A DNA stretch of 64,000 bases from Scyliorhinus canicula. Lineage: Eukaryota. Below, one piece after another: positions 1-10,727 of this stretch (positions are counted from its first letter, which is position 1; the number at the start of each line of letters is the position of its first letter). The stretch covers positions 14,635,958-14,699,957 of the forward strand of contig NC_052171.1 of assembly GCF_902713615.1 (NCBI RefSeq). Direction: 5' to 3'. The translations under genes were made by a program, and so were the position numbers. The notes under the pieces are model-generated. The model was not told the DNA's origin and ran no database searches. It worked only from the letters and a program-made list of their open reading frames with translations.

Positions 1-192
1 CCCACCAAGTTTGTCCTATACTACCAGGACCTGTTTCCTCATTCGCACAAAACTCAGACCATAGGGCCCACCCCTCCCCTCTAGTTACTTCCTAATTTCC
101 TCATCCCATATGGTACACTGTTCTGCTCTATTGGTCGCTGCGACCTCGGGTTGCTGTGGCTGCATACGGCGCCCCATGGCCTTCATTGCCAT
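1..192 (-). pseudogene. gag: N-terminal gag remnant of LTR retroelement 1 (runs off the window start)
   Basis: Minus strand reads MAMKAMGRRMQPQQPEVAATNRAEQCTIWDEEIRK*, then after a frameshift GWALWSEFCANEETGPGSIGQTWW. This is clearly homologous to the Gag start of element 2 at ~16518-16683 (MSPQQTEVEVINMSEKCTIWQDVPRKYLKGK/EWPLCEKVCVNSESGPWKIGQTWW). Confidence 0.8.
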
Positions 193-519
193 CTCTGCGA
201 TTATCTCTGTATCTCTACCGGGAATTTGGGACAGGGGAGGTAAAGTAGTGGTGCAAACAGAGGGTACGTCTAAAGCTATTTTCGGTTTAAACAATTCGAG
301 GGAAAGTTTCACGCAACTAAATCTATCGAGGTCACCTTAAATTCCTTGTTAGTACGCATGCAAATTACACACTACCGCACCTTGGAGGTTTCAATGACAC
401 TGGTCTTACGCTTGTTGTTTCCTTTACTTTTCCAATTTGGATTTCTAATTCAAACGCTTTGTGTGTTCACTCGGAGTGACACAGTCATTTCTGACTCGAG
501 TTCCGTCAGATGCGACAAT

Positions 520-1405
520 AATCTTGTCGTTTTTATCTGCTATAAATATGGCAATCAATAAGGTTGCCCTTTTTTCATTAGATATCGATATTATATTGTT
601 TTCATAGTCGCCAGCTATCAAATGATACCACCCCAACTTTCAAGCGGGAATTGATCAAAGAGCCAGACAGCAGTTGTTAGTTCAGGATCAATGGTACTTT
701 ATTTCCACACAAGATTCACATGCAACATAAACACTACTAGTTAAACTATACCTAACAACTATGACAATCTGTACTTAACTTCAGGCACCCGGCTTCTGTC
801 AGGGAACCAGTGGCCCTTGTTCGAATCTGGATCTACTGTGCCTGGAGAAGTAACTGCTGCTCAGCTGGGCTCATCAGTCTGGTAGCGGGCCTAAATTTGA
901 TCATGCTTCTGGCGGTGCTGCAATTGGAAATGGACGTTTCAGGAGCGCCACGTCCAAAAGAGGTCGAACACATGGCAGTGTTTCTCTTTATCCTTGGGGA
1001 GCTTCGCGTTCTTTTGGACGGTTTTTCGTTTGGTACCCCATTAATTGGGCAGTCGTCGATCACTGTCTTCGATCTGAACCAATAAGTGGGCGCGTACCTT
1101 GATGGCTAGGCATGTCCTCAGCAGTCATTGCCCCTACCGTTTATGCTTCCTGCAGAAACGGAGTGGCGCCAAAATATCTGGACTTGTAGCGGTTGCCTGG
1201 GTATCAATCCTTTGTCTTCGGAAGATGGGCCATCAAAATGCTAAGCGGTTGGGGGTTTCGATGCTGTCTGGACTCTTTGCTCAGAAATATACATTCTGTC
1301 TCTGTGCCTGCCTGAATCTTACAATATCCACATTTTCCTTTAAACTTTGCGAACGTCCATGTTTCTTGTCGCAAGTGGCCATCCCAGATGGCTGCAGCCC
1401 TCACA
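520..1405 (-). mobile_element. 5' LTR of LTR retroelement 1
   Basis: Starts TGTGAGGG on the minus strand at 1405, has a minus-strand AATAAA at ~698-703, is followed by a PBS-like tract (~494-517) and then the gag leader. Patchy similarity to the LTR at ~15733-16206. Confidence 0.65.
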
Positions 1406-1529
1406 CTGCAGACAAGCAGCAGTCACAGTGCAGACAAGCATCACTGAGTGGCTTACCTATTACATTCCTCTCACAACGAACAATAAATTCCATTAGGATT
1501 ACTGATTCCTTGTTGTACCTGTATGGTGG

Positions 1530-2735
1530 CCTTTGTGATTATATCTCAAGTTTTGTGAATGTTAAGAATAAATTTGAGAAATTGAATCCGATGACAATGA
1601 AGGCTGAAGTGCCCGACTGATCATAGATGGACAAGACACTTACTTTGTCTAAAATTATGCGAGCTCTTAACTATATTTGGAAACTGAGAAGATTGTCCTT
1701 ACTGCACATCAGAAAAAACAGTTTAATATTGGGCCCATTCTGAATATCTGGAAACAGTCAATAAATGCCTGGAATGTAGAAGTCTGCATGCGCGTTATTG
1801 ACATGATTATGAATGTTCATGCAGTCTTCGAGCGTTGACATCCATGCTTCAAACATAAGCTCTGTTCTTTCTCCACAGGTATCCTATTTCCCACTGTGAA
1901 TTGAAAGATCCATGTAAGAACCAGATACGAGAAGGAATAATACCGGGAAAGGGTGAATTGTCTTATTTGTAAAAGCGGGAATGTTAGGTTTGTTTCCGCT
2001 GGAGGTCAGAAGAGTAAGAGTCATCTTGATCCTATGGGACATTGACTGATTGGATGTGAAGAGACAGTTTACGCTTGTCGGAGAATCTGTAACTGAAGAT
2101 CACTGTTCAAAAATAAATGGTCGCTCAGTTGAGACAGAAAGTCTATTTTCCTCGTGGGGCCCTAAGTCGCTGGAACTCTATTTCTTCGAAGGCAGTATTT
2201 CTTCGCTGCAGTACCAGCAAAGTGCTTGAATATTTTTAAAGCAGAGCTGGATGGATTCTTAAATAAAAAGGGGGTGAAAGTTTATCGGTGGTGGGCAGGT
2301 ACGTGTCGCAATGTTGCAATCCGATTACCCATGATCTCATTGAGTGTCCAAGCAAGCTTGATGGGCCGAGGGGCATACTGCTGCCCCTAATTAATATTTT
2401 CTTGTTCGTGTTGGGAATTCTAATTGTTGGGACATCTAATGGTGCTGCATTAATTGAATTGTCGTCATCGATATAGTATCACTAGCAATAAAATCGAAAA
2501 TGCTGGAAACATACAACAAATCATGGTGCATCTGTATCGGGAGAGAGAGAAAGAGAAAACAGAGTCACGAAATGTTTCACGCCCGTTTGGTCTTTGTATT
2601 TCAGATTTTCAGATTCCACAGAGCTTTGCTTCAATTCTAAAATCAACTGGTTTCTTTAGGCCCACTGTTGGATATCTGGACATTACACTTGACATTCATA
2701 TTGACGAGCTAACTGGGTGTCGACTGACTTGAATC
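1530..2735. repeat. Locally duplicated tRNA-array spacer unit, copy 1 (includes an old CR1 3' fragment and PLE-like remnants)
   Basis: Colinear with 4470-5680; e.g. aactatatttggaaactgagaagattgtcctt is identical at 1669-1700 and 4613-4644. A third, interrupted copy lies at ~9385-10720 plus 13572-13900, and an inverted partial copy at ~3120-3290. Confidence 0.8.
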
Positions 2736-2763
2736 GATGCGACATTGGGAGAGGGGGGGTGGT

Positions 2764-2791
2764 GCGCGCTGAACGATTGCGCCACAGATAC
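2764..2791 (-). pseudogene. tRNA-Asn 5' fragment
   Basis: Minus strand GTATCTGTGGCGCAATCGTTCAGCGCG versus the vertebrate tRNA-Asn start GTCTCTGTGGCGCAATCGGTTAGCGCG. The upstream flank matches that of the Asn copy at 5758-5831. Confidence 0.7.
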
Positions 2792-3527
2792 GCCTGTTGC
2801 TGCCGCTTCTCAAATGTACATTTACAAATTATGATGGAAACTGTCTCATGTTGTCCATGTCAGAATAGGAAATGATTGCGGATGCTGGAATCTTGAACAA
2901 AAACGGAAATGTCTGTGTAGTTTCAGCAACTCCAACAGCATCTTTGGAGAGAGATTTCAAGCCTCGATCACTCTGTCAAAACACGAACACTGAACGAACA
3001 TCCATATCCCTGTCAATAACCCGCTTCCTGCCAACTATGTTCCAGACATTTATTGTATTTCCTGTTTCCAGATATTCGGAATGAAACCGATATTAAACTG
3101 TATTTTGTGATGTGCCGTCAGGACAATCTTCTCAGTTTCTAAATATCAGTTAATATCCCGAATCGTTTTAAACAAGTAGAAGGCGCCTTGACTGTTTCTG
3201 ATCAGTTGGTCTGTTCACCCTTCATTCTCCTCTGATTCAGTTTCTCAAAGAATTTCTCAGCATTCACAAAACTTGAGATTGACTTTCGTGCGTCCCTTCC
3301 TTTTCATTCTCTCCACGACCAACTGGATATAATCTCCAAAACTTTGCGCACCTCCTGAGTTATATACTTGTTGCGGCAATATCATTATGGATTTAATGTT
3401 ACGGCATCCAAAACGTATATCTGTTGAAGCTGTAATTAGCGAGTTACAAAGTGTGAGGTCAAGATTCATTCTAACTACGTATTTGTCTCAGGTACATTGG
3501 GCTGCGAATCTGATTCTGATGTGTGGC

Positions 3528-3599
3528 GCCGTGGCTGTATAGTGGATAGTACTCTGTTCTGTGGCCGCAGCTACCTCGCTGCGAATCCGAGTCACGGTA
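3528..3599 (+). tRNA. tRNA-His(GTG), probable pseudogene
   Basis: 72-nt colinear match to vertebrate tRNA-His with the GTG anticodon retained. The B box GGTTCGAATCC is mutated to GCTGCGAATCC and several stem pairs are lost. Confidence 0.85.
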
Positions 3600-3807
3600 G
3601 TGATGATCGTGTTGTGTTTTCTCCAAAATCAACCCATTGATAAATCAAATATTAATGTGTGTGAAGGCTCTTTTTTTCATGGCAAAATCGGTTTCATAAC
3701 TCAGCGCATGCTTCTGCCCTTGTTTCATGCTCCAGCATTCAAAGTTCTGTAACAGCAGAATCTCTTCAGCTCACTTGCCATGCTCCTGTTCATATTGTGG
3801 TTATTAT

Positions 3808-4162
3808 ATAGAACATAGAACATAGAACAGTACAGCACAGAACAGGCCCTTCGGCCCTCAATGTTGTGCCGAGCCATGATCACCCTACTCAAACCCACGT
3901 ATCCACCCTATACCCGTAACCCAACAACCCCCCCCCCCCCCCAACCTTACTTTTATTAGGACACTACGGGCAATTTAGCATGGCCAATCCACCTAACCCG
4001 CACATCTTTGGACTGTGGGAGGAAACCGGAGCACCCGGAGGAAACCCACGCACACAGGGGGAGGACGTGCAGACTCCACACAGACAGTGACCCAGCCGGG
4101 AATCGAACCTGCGGCCCTGGAGCTGTGAAGCATTTATGCTAACCACCATGCTACCCTGCTCC
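3808..4162 (-). mobile_element. HE1-like V-SINE, subfamily A
   Basis: tRNA-like head with A/B boxes (GGTTCGATTCCC), V-domain core GGGTTTCCTCCGGGTGCTCCGGTTTCCTCCCACAGTCCAAAGA, and a CR1-type tail ending (TTCTATG)n. Confidence 0.9.
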
Positions 4163-4469
4163 GGTTTTAATATTTAACTTAAATATCTTAAATAGTCCTC
4201 CTCCAGTTCCTTGCCTTTATGGAAATGAAAACAGTCACAAAGTTTTCTCTCTCAGCTTCTTCGGTGACTCACCCGAAAATGTTTAAGCGCCTCAGTCAAA
4301 GTTCCATTTTACCTTCTTAATCCCCAAAAGAATAATTCCAGTCTCGTTCGTGTCTCCACATAAACGAATTTCCTGACAATTTCATGGCACCTGGTCATGG
4401 GGAAGTGAGGACTAGAGTGCAAAGTTATGGAAAATACAGCCAGTTGGAATGGAGAAAATGGAAATGATG

Positions 4470-5680
4470 CGACAGACGAACCTCAATCTCCAGTTTAGTG
4501 AATGTTGAGAAACATATGAGAAACTGAATCAGAGAGGAATGAAGGGTGAACAGCCCGACTGATCAGAGACAGCCAACGCACCTTTCCCTTGTCCAAATGT
4601 TTTCCATAGCCTAACTATATTTGGAAACTGAGAAGATTGTCCTTCATGCACGTCAGAAAATACAGTTTAATATCGGTTTCATTCCGAATATTTGGAAGCA
4701 GAAAATAGAATAAATGCCTCGAATGTAGAAGGCTGGAGGCGCATTATTGACAGACATATGCGTGTCGCTGCAGTCTTCGTGCTTTGCCAAAGAGTCATCC
4801 GGGCTTGAAACGGAGCCACTTTTCTCTCTCCGCAGATCTCCTGTGACACACTGTGAATTGAAGGAAATAGTTAAGAAGCAGATATGAGGAGGAATAAATC
4901 CGGAAATGGGTGAATTGTATTTGGAAGGTTGGAAATGTTAGGCTTGTACCCACTAGAGCTTAGAAGGGTAACAGGCGACTTGATGGAACCGTTTAAGATC
5001 ATGTGAGACCTTCAACGTGTGGATGTGAAGAGGCTGCTTCCACTCGTGGGAGGAACTGTATTTCGCCGTCACTTTCTAAATGTAAATATTCGCTCATTTC
5101 GGACAGAAATGACAAGCATTCCGTAATTTCCTTTCCAGGATCCCAGGTCGCTGGCGCTCTATTTCTGACAAGGCAGTGGAAGCAAAGTGTTTGAATATTT
5201 TGAGAGCAGAGCTGAATGGAATCTTTAATAAAACGGGGTTGAAAGGTCTTCGGTGGTGGGCTGGTACATGTGGTCATGTCAAAATCCGATCACCCGTTAT
5301 CTCATTGAGTGTCGAAGCAGGCTTTTTGGCCGAGTGGCCGACTGCTACTCAAAATTAATATTTTCAGGTTCGTGTTTGGAATTTCGGCAGACATCTAATG
5401 GTGGCGCTTTATTTGAATTGTCTCCATCGATATAGTATCAACTAGCAATACAAATAGAAAATGCGAGAAAAACCGAGCAAATAATGCAGCATCTACATAT
5501 CGAGAGAGATAAAAAAAATAGAACGGAGCCCGGATTAATCTTTTCATTTCAGATTTACAGATTCGGCAGAACTTTTCTTCAATCCTAACATCGATTAGTT
5601 TATTCCGGCTCATGGGGTGGAAATCTGTATATTATATTAGAAAGTAATATCGATAAGCTAAATCGGCGTGAACTGACTGG
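4470..5680. repeat. Locally duplicated tRNA-array spacer unit, copy 2
   Basis: Colinear with 1530-2735 and, like it, ends shortly before a minus-strand tRNA-Asn sequence. Confidence 0.8.
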
Positions 5681-5757
5681 TTAACATCAGAATGTGATCA
5701 ATATCGAAATCGAAAGAAGTATCTCAAACGATGTGACATTAAGTGTAAAATCCATTT

Positions 5758-5831
5758 CGTCCCTGGATGCCATCGAACCATAAGCCTTTCGCTTAACCGT
5801 CGAACGCGCTGGCCACTTACTTCACGGAGAC
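5758..5831 (-). tRNA. tRNA-Asn(GTT), probable pseudogene
   Basis: Minus strand GTCTCCGTGAAGTAAGTGGCCAGCGCGTTCGACGGTTAAGCGAAAGGCTTATGGTTCGATGGCATCCAGGGACG is a 74-nt colinear match to vertebrate tRNA-Asn with many stem-breaking substitutions. Confidence 0.8.
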
Positions 5832-6049
5832 GAGTTTTGTCACCGCTCCTAAACAAACATTAACCAATTATGATGGAAACAGTCTCAATTTGTCCACGAC
5901 ATAATAGGAATTTTTTTGAGGATGCCTGAATCATCAGACCTACATTATATACTTGTTGCAGTGATTATTTTATGGAACAAGGTTGAAGTATCTCCTGAAG
6001 TTGTAATCGGGAGTCAAAAGAGTGTGGTCATGATTTCTTGCAACTACTG

Positions 6050-8520
6050 TGAGATGTCGATGTGGGGGAAGGGATCATGGGTGGCAGAGAGGTCGGATGA
6101 GAAAAAGGGGGGAACGCAAATGGAGAAAAGGTAAGGAAACGTGGGATAACATAGTGGGAAGAGTGGTACGAAAATATACATAGAGAAAGAAAGGAATCAA
6201 TAAATAGTAAAATACAGTTAAAATGATATAAATTGAAAATAATGGGTTGAAATGGGGTAGAGCAAAGCATCTGAAGTTTTTGAATTCGATGTTGAGACCG
6301 GAAGGCTGTAGCGTTCCTAACTTGAAGATGAGATGCTGGTTTTCCAAGTTATGTTGAGCTTCACTGGAACATTGCAACATGCCAAAAACAAACATGTGGG
6401 AACGGTAGCAGGGTCTTGCATTAAAATGGAATGCAACGGGAAGGTCAGAGTCCTGAATGCGCATAGGCCGAATGTGCTAAGGAAATAGATGCCCCAGTCC
6501 ACGTTTGGTCTCTCTGATATAGACGAGACAACCTTGGGAGTAGTGACTGCAATAGACGAAATTGAAAGAGGTGCAAGTGAACCGCTGCTTTTCCTGGAAT
6601 GAATGTTTTGGGCCGTGATGTAAACATGGAAGAGGTAAACATTGCAAGGGAAGGTGCCGTGGATGATGTGAGTGGTTTTGGGTATGATGGAGTGGACTAG
6701 ATTAACCTGGAGGGAACGGTCTATGTGGAATGCTGACAGACGGAATGAAGGAAAGATGTGTTTGGTGGTGGCATCACGCTGAAGATCGCGAAAACGGCGG
6801 AGGATTATGTTTTGTATTCGGAGGCTGATGGGGTGAAATATCACAACGAGGAGGACTCTATTCGTGTTATGTGAGGTAGTGGAGGGGGCGCGGGTAGTGG
6901 CAGTGGAGATGGGATGCACACTTTTGAGGGCCCTGTCAAAAACTGAAGATGGGAAATCACGGTTTTCGGAAATCACATTTCCGAAGCACCATCTAGGAAA
7001 GTGGCATCATCAGAACAAAAGCGACGGAGATGAAGGCACTGAGAGAAAGGGATGGAGACCTTACACAGTGTTAGGTGCGAAGAATGTAGTCCAGATAGCT
7101 GTCAGTCGGCTACCAATGGATATTAGTAGATTGTTTATTGCCGGAAATGGAGACCGAAAGCTTAAGGAAGGTACGTAAAGTGTCTGAGATGCACCAGGTG
7201 AAAGTGATTGCAGGGTGGAAACTGGAAGCGAAGTTGATAACTTTTTACTGCTCCGGACGTGATCATTAAGCAGCACGAAAATAGTTATCAATGCATTGGT
7301 AAAGGATTGTAGGCGTGGACAAGAAATGTCCCAGATATCCCACAGAAAGGAAAGCGTCGCTGGGAAACATGCGGGTAACCATTGCTACGCATTTGATTTG
7401 GAGAAAGTGGAATGAGCTAAAGGAGAAGTTGTTGAGAGATAGAACAAGTTCCGCCAGATGGAGCAGGGTGGTGGTGCATGTGAATTGTTCAGCCTGGTGT
7501 GGGATGGAGATGTAGAGAGATTACACTTCCATGGTGAATATGAGGGGGTTAGGGCTTGTGCGCTGGAATCTGTCCGTCTGACGCAGGGCATCAGAGGAAT
7601 CTCGGGTGTAGGTCGGGAGGAAATGCACCAGAGGAGTGAGGATTAGTTAAGGTAAGAGGAAATAAGTTCGGTGGTGCAGGAATATGTTGCACAATGGGCC
7701 TAAAGTCCTTTTTGTGGATTTGGGATGTACGTTAAAGCGGGCTGGCCGGTGTTGAGAGACTATGAGGTTGGAAGCTTGTGGGGAAGGGCACAGGGGAAAT
7801 TAGGTCGCTAACAGTGTTGGAGATAATGGATTGATGTTCAGTGGTCTGTTGGGAGGTGGGGGAATGTATCTGAGAGGTGGCGCTCAGCCTCTGCGAGGCA
7901 GCGTTCATAGACATTTCATAGAATTTACAGTGCAGAAGGAGGCCATTCAGCCCATCGAGTCTGCACCGGCTCTTGGAAAGAGCACCCGACCCTATCCGCA
8001 TAACCCAGTAACCCCACACAACACTAAGGGCAATTTTGGACACTAAGGACAATTTATCATGGCCAATCCACCTAACCTGCACATCTTTGGACTATGGGAG
8101 GAAACCGGAGCACCCGGAGGAAACCCACGCACACACGGGGAGGATGTGCAGACTCCTCACAGACAGTGACCCAAGCCGGAATTGAACCTGGAACCCTGGA
8201 GCTGTGAAGCGATTGTGCTATCCACAATGCTACCGTGCTGTTCAGTACACCAGTCGACATGAATGCCCCGTCTGTCGGCATGTTTAATGACAAAGTCGGT
8301 GTTGGATCTGACGGTCTGAAGAGAGGAAAGTTCGGAAGGAGACGGTTGGAATAGGTGAGGGGGCTGAAAATTTAAGACGGCAGATGTCCCGTCGACAGTT
8401 GCCAATTAAATGAACGAGGCCAAGTAATTGAATGTAAGATTGAGCAGTCATTTGATTGAGGTTGTTCCCAAATTTCGGCAGAGTCACCGAAGAAGCTGAC
8501 AGAGGAAATTGTGGAGACAG
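6050..8520 (-). mobile_element. Penelope-like element (RT + GIY-YIG), decayed, interrupted by a SINE at 7908-8240
   Basis: ORF fragments RVLLVVIFHPISLRIQNIILRRFRDLQRDATTKHIFPS and the C-terminus HFNARP...QHLIFKLGTLQPSGLNIEF are typical of the PLE GIY-YIG region; RT remnant near 7300-7430; multiple frameshifts. Confidence 0.8.
7908..8240 (-). mobile_element. HE1-like V-SINE, subfamily B
   Basis: Head CAGCACGGTAGCATTGTGGATAGC, V core, tail TGCACTGTAAATTCTATG; flanked by a short GTTCA direct repeat. Confidence 0.9.
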
Positions 8521-8536
8521 TATTCACTTCCTAAAA

Positions 8537-8887
8537 GGGCACCACGTGAGCATAGTGGATCGCAGAATTGATTCACAGCTGCAAGTTCGCAGGTTCGATT
8601 GCCGACTTTGGTCACTGTGCGTAGTCTGCAGGTTCGCACTGTGTGCGCGTTGGTTTCTTCCGGCTGCTCTAATTTGCTCCCAAAATCCAAATATATGCAG
8701 CTTCGGTGGATTGGCCATGATAAAGTCCCCTCAGTGTCCAAAATTGCCCTTCGTGTTGGGTGGGGTTACTAGGTTATGGGGATAGGATTGAGATATGGGC
8801 TTGGGTAGTGTGCTCTTTCAGTGAGCCGGTGCAGACTCGGTGGGCCAAAAGGCTTCATTCTGCACTGGAAGTTTTATGATTCCATGA
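8537..8887 (+). mobile_element. HE1-like V-SINE, subfamily B, diverged
   Basis: Colinear diverged match to the other subfamily B copies. Confidence 0.8.
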
Positions 8888-9066
8888 CAATAACTGGAGA
8901 ACGATTTGAAATAACACTTAACAAATAAAACCGGAGCACCACAGGTGAGCTGACAAAATTAATAACAGTTTCGGTTCTGGACAATGAAACAGCCAGAAGC
9001 AATGAGTTATGGTACCGATTTTGTCCCAATGAGTTGAACTTGGAGGCAACACAGCAAGATAAACGC

Positions 9067-9138
9067 TGCTATGACTCTGATTCGAACCGAGGTTGCTGCG
9101 GCCACAACGTAGAGGAGTAACCATTATCTCATCACTGC
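9067..9138 (-). tRNA. tRNA-His(GTG), probable pseudogene
   Basis: Minus strand GCAGTGATGAGATAATGGTTACTCCTCTACGTTGTGGCCGCAGCAACCTCGGTTCGAATCAGAGTCATAGCA. Anticodon loop and T loop are intact; D arm and acceptor stem are damaged. Confidence 0.85.
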
Positions 9139-9534
9139 ACCACACATCAACCGCACATCGACGTGCAACGTGCAACTATCAATGTACTTGGCAAACAAGC
9201 AAGTAGTTGGAATAAATCTTGACCTCACATTTTATGACTCCCTAATTGCAGCTTGAGCAGATACAAGTTTTGGAAACCTTAATCTTGGTTCCGTAATATT
9301 ATTACGGAATAATACGGATCTAATTTGGGCGGAGGCGCAAATGTTTGTAAAATATAAAGTTTCAGTGAAGAAAATGGAAACGAAGCGTCACACAAAACTC
9401 AATCTCCAGTTTTGAGAATTTTGAGAAACTTTCAGAATCTGAATCAGAGAAGAATGAAGGGTGAACTGGCCGACTGATCATTTCCTTTGTCAAAAATGAA
9501 ACGAGATATTAACTGATACTTGGAAACTGAGACG

Positions 9535-9820
9535 AATTGATTTGACTTTGTTATTGTCACATGTATTAGTGTACAGTGAAAAGTATAGTTTCTTGCATGC
9601 TACACAAACAATGCGTGCCGCACATAGGGAATGAATGAGGGACTGAAGAACACAATATAACAGTCATAAGTGCAGAGAAACGATCAAATTAATACGAGGT
9701 AAAAGGGTTAGAATGATTTTTTCAAAGCATAGAACGAGAGCAAAAGACGGAATATATATGATGGGCACAGCTTGCAAAAAGTCGCCTCGCTCTGGAGACA
9801 TCTTGAAGTCTTTGCTGAAC
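9535..9820 (-). mobile_element. 3' end of a Rex1/Babar-like LINE
   Basis: Minus strand CTTTTCACTGTACACTAATACATGTGACAATAACAAAGTCAAATCAA resembles the 3' end of the Rex1 element at ~44300-44345. Confidence 0.6.
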
Positions 9821-9862
9821 ATCAGAAAATACAGTTTAACATATCCTTAAAATGTAAAATTT

Positions 9863-10237
9863 CAGCACGGTTGCATAGTGGACGCAGCTCGGTAGCATAG
9901 TGGGGGCAACATGGTAGCATAGTGGGGGCAACACGGTAGCATAGTGGTTAGCACTGAGGATTCTCAGCGCCAGGATCCGACGTTCGATTCCCTGCTGGGT
10001 CACTGAACTTTGCGGAGTCTGCACGTTCTCCGTGTGCGTTTGCTCTGAGTGCGCCTGTTTACCGCCACAGTCCAAACGGTTGCAGCTTAGGTCGATTTGC
10101 TATGCCAAATTGTCCATAGTGTCCAAAACGTTTCGGAGGGGTTTTTGGGTTCGGGGACAGGGTGGAAGTGAGGGCTTACATGGGTCGGTGCAGACTCGAT
10201 GGGCTAAATCACCTCCTTCTGCACTGTAAGTTCTATG
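9863..10237 (+). mobile_element. V-SINE with tandemly reiterated 5' head
   Basis: Four ~21-nt copies of (GGGCA)RCAYGGTAGCATAGTG precede a diverged SINE body and a TTCTATG tail. Confidence 0.8.
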
Positions 10238-10727
10238 TTCATTCCGAATACCTGGAAACAGGAAATGCAATAAAAATTGAATGCTGGAGGCGCGTTAGAG
10301 ACAGGGAGGTGGACAGTGATCCGGGCATGCCACAGATATCCTATATCCCACTGTGAATTGTCGAAAATGTGTAACAAGCAGCTCAGAGAAGGAATAATAC
10401 CACGAATAGGTGAATTGTCTTCTTTGCAATGTCGGGAATATTAGGCATTGTACGAACTATAGCTCAGAAATGTGAGAGACGACTTGATTGAATTCTTTAA
10501 GATCATGTGGGACAATGGCAGTGTTAATGTGAAGAGGCTGTTTCCACCTATCGGGGAATCTGTAACTCGGGTTCACTGTTTAAACATAAACGGTCGCTCA
10601 TTTAAGATATAAATTAGAATTGCCTTACTTGTCTTTTCGGGCCCTCAGTCGCTCGAGCTCTCATTCTTTGCAAGTGGAAGCAAAGCGTTTGAATAATTTT
10701 TAAAGCAGAGCTCAATTGAATCTTCGG

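Noticed and set aside
1099-1620. 173-aa plus-strand ORF
   Set aside because: It is antisense to LTR 1, crosses its boundary and has no recognisable motif.
3964-4149. Recurrent ~60-aa ORFs (GHCLCGVCTSSPCVRGFPPG...) as a small cysteine-rich peptide family
   Set aside because: Every instance is the translated V-SINE core.
4780-4850. Additional hammerhead ribozymes in PLE-like remnants (also ~1830-1880, ~2490-2620, ~2880-3070)
   Set aside because: They resemble PLE terminal repeats, but the CUGANGA core and stems are too decayed to call.
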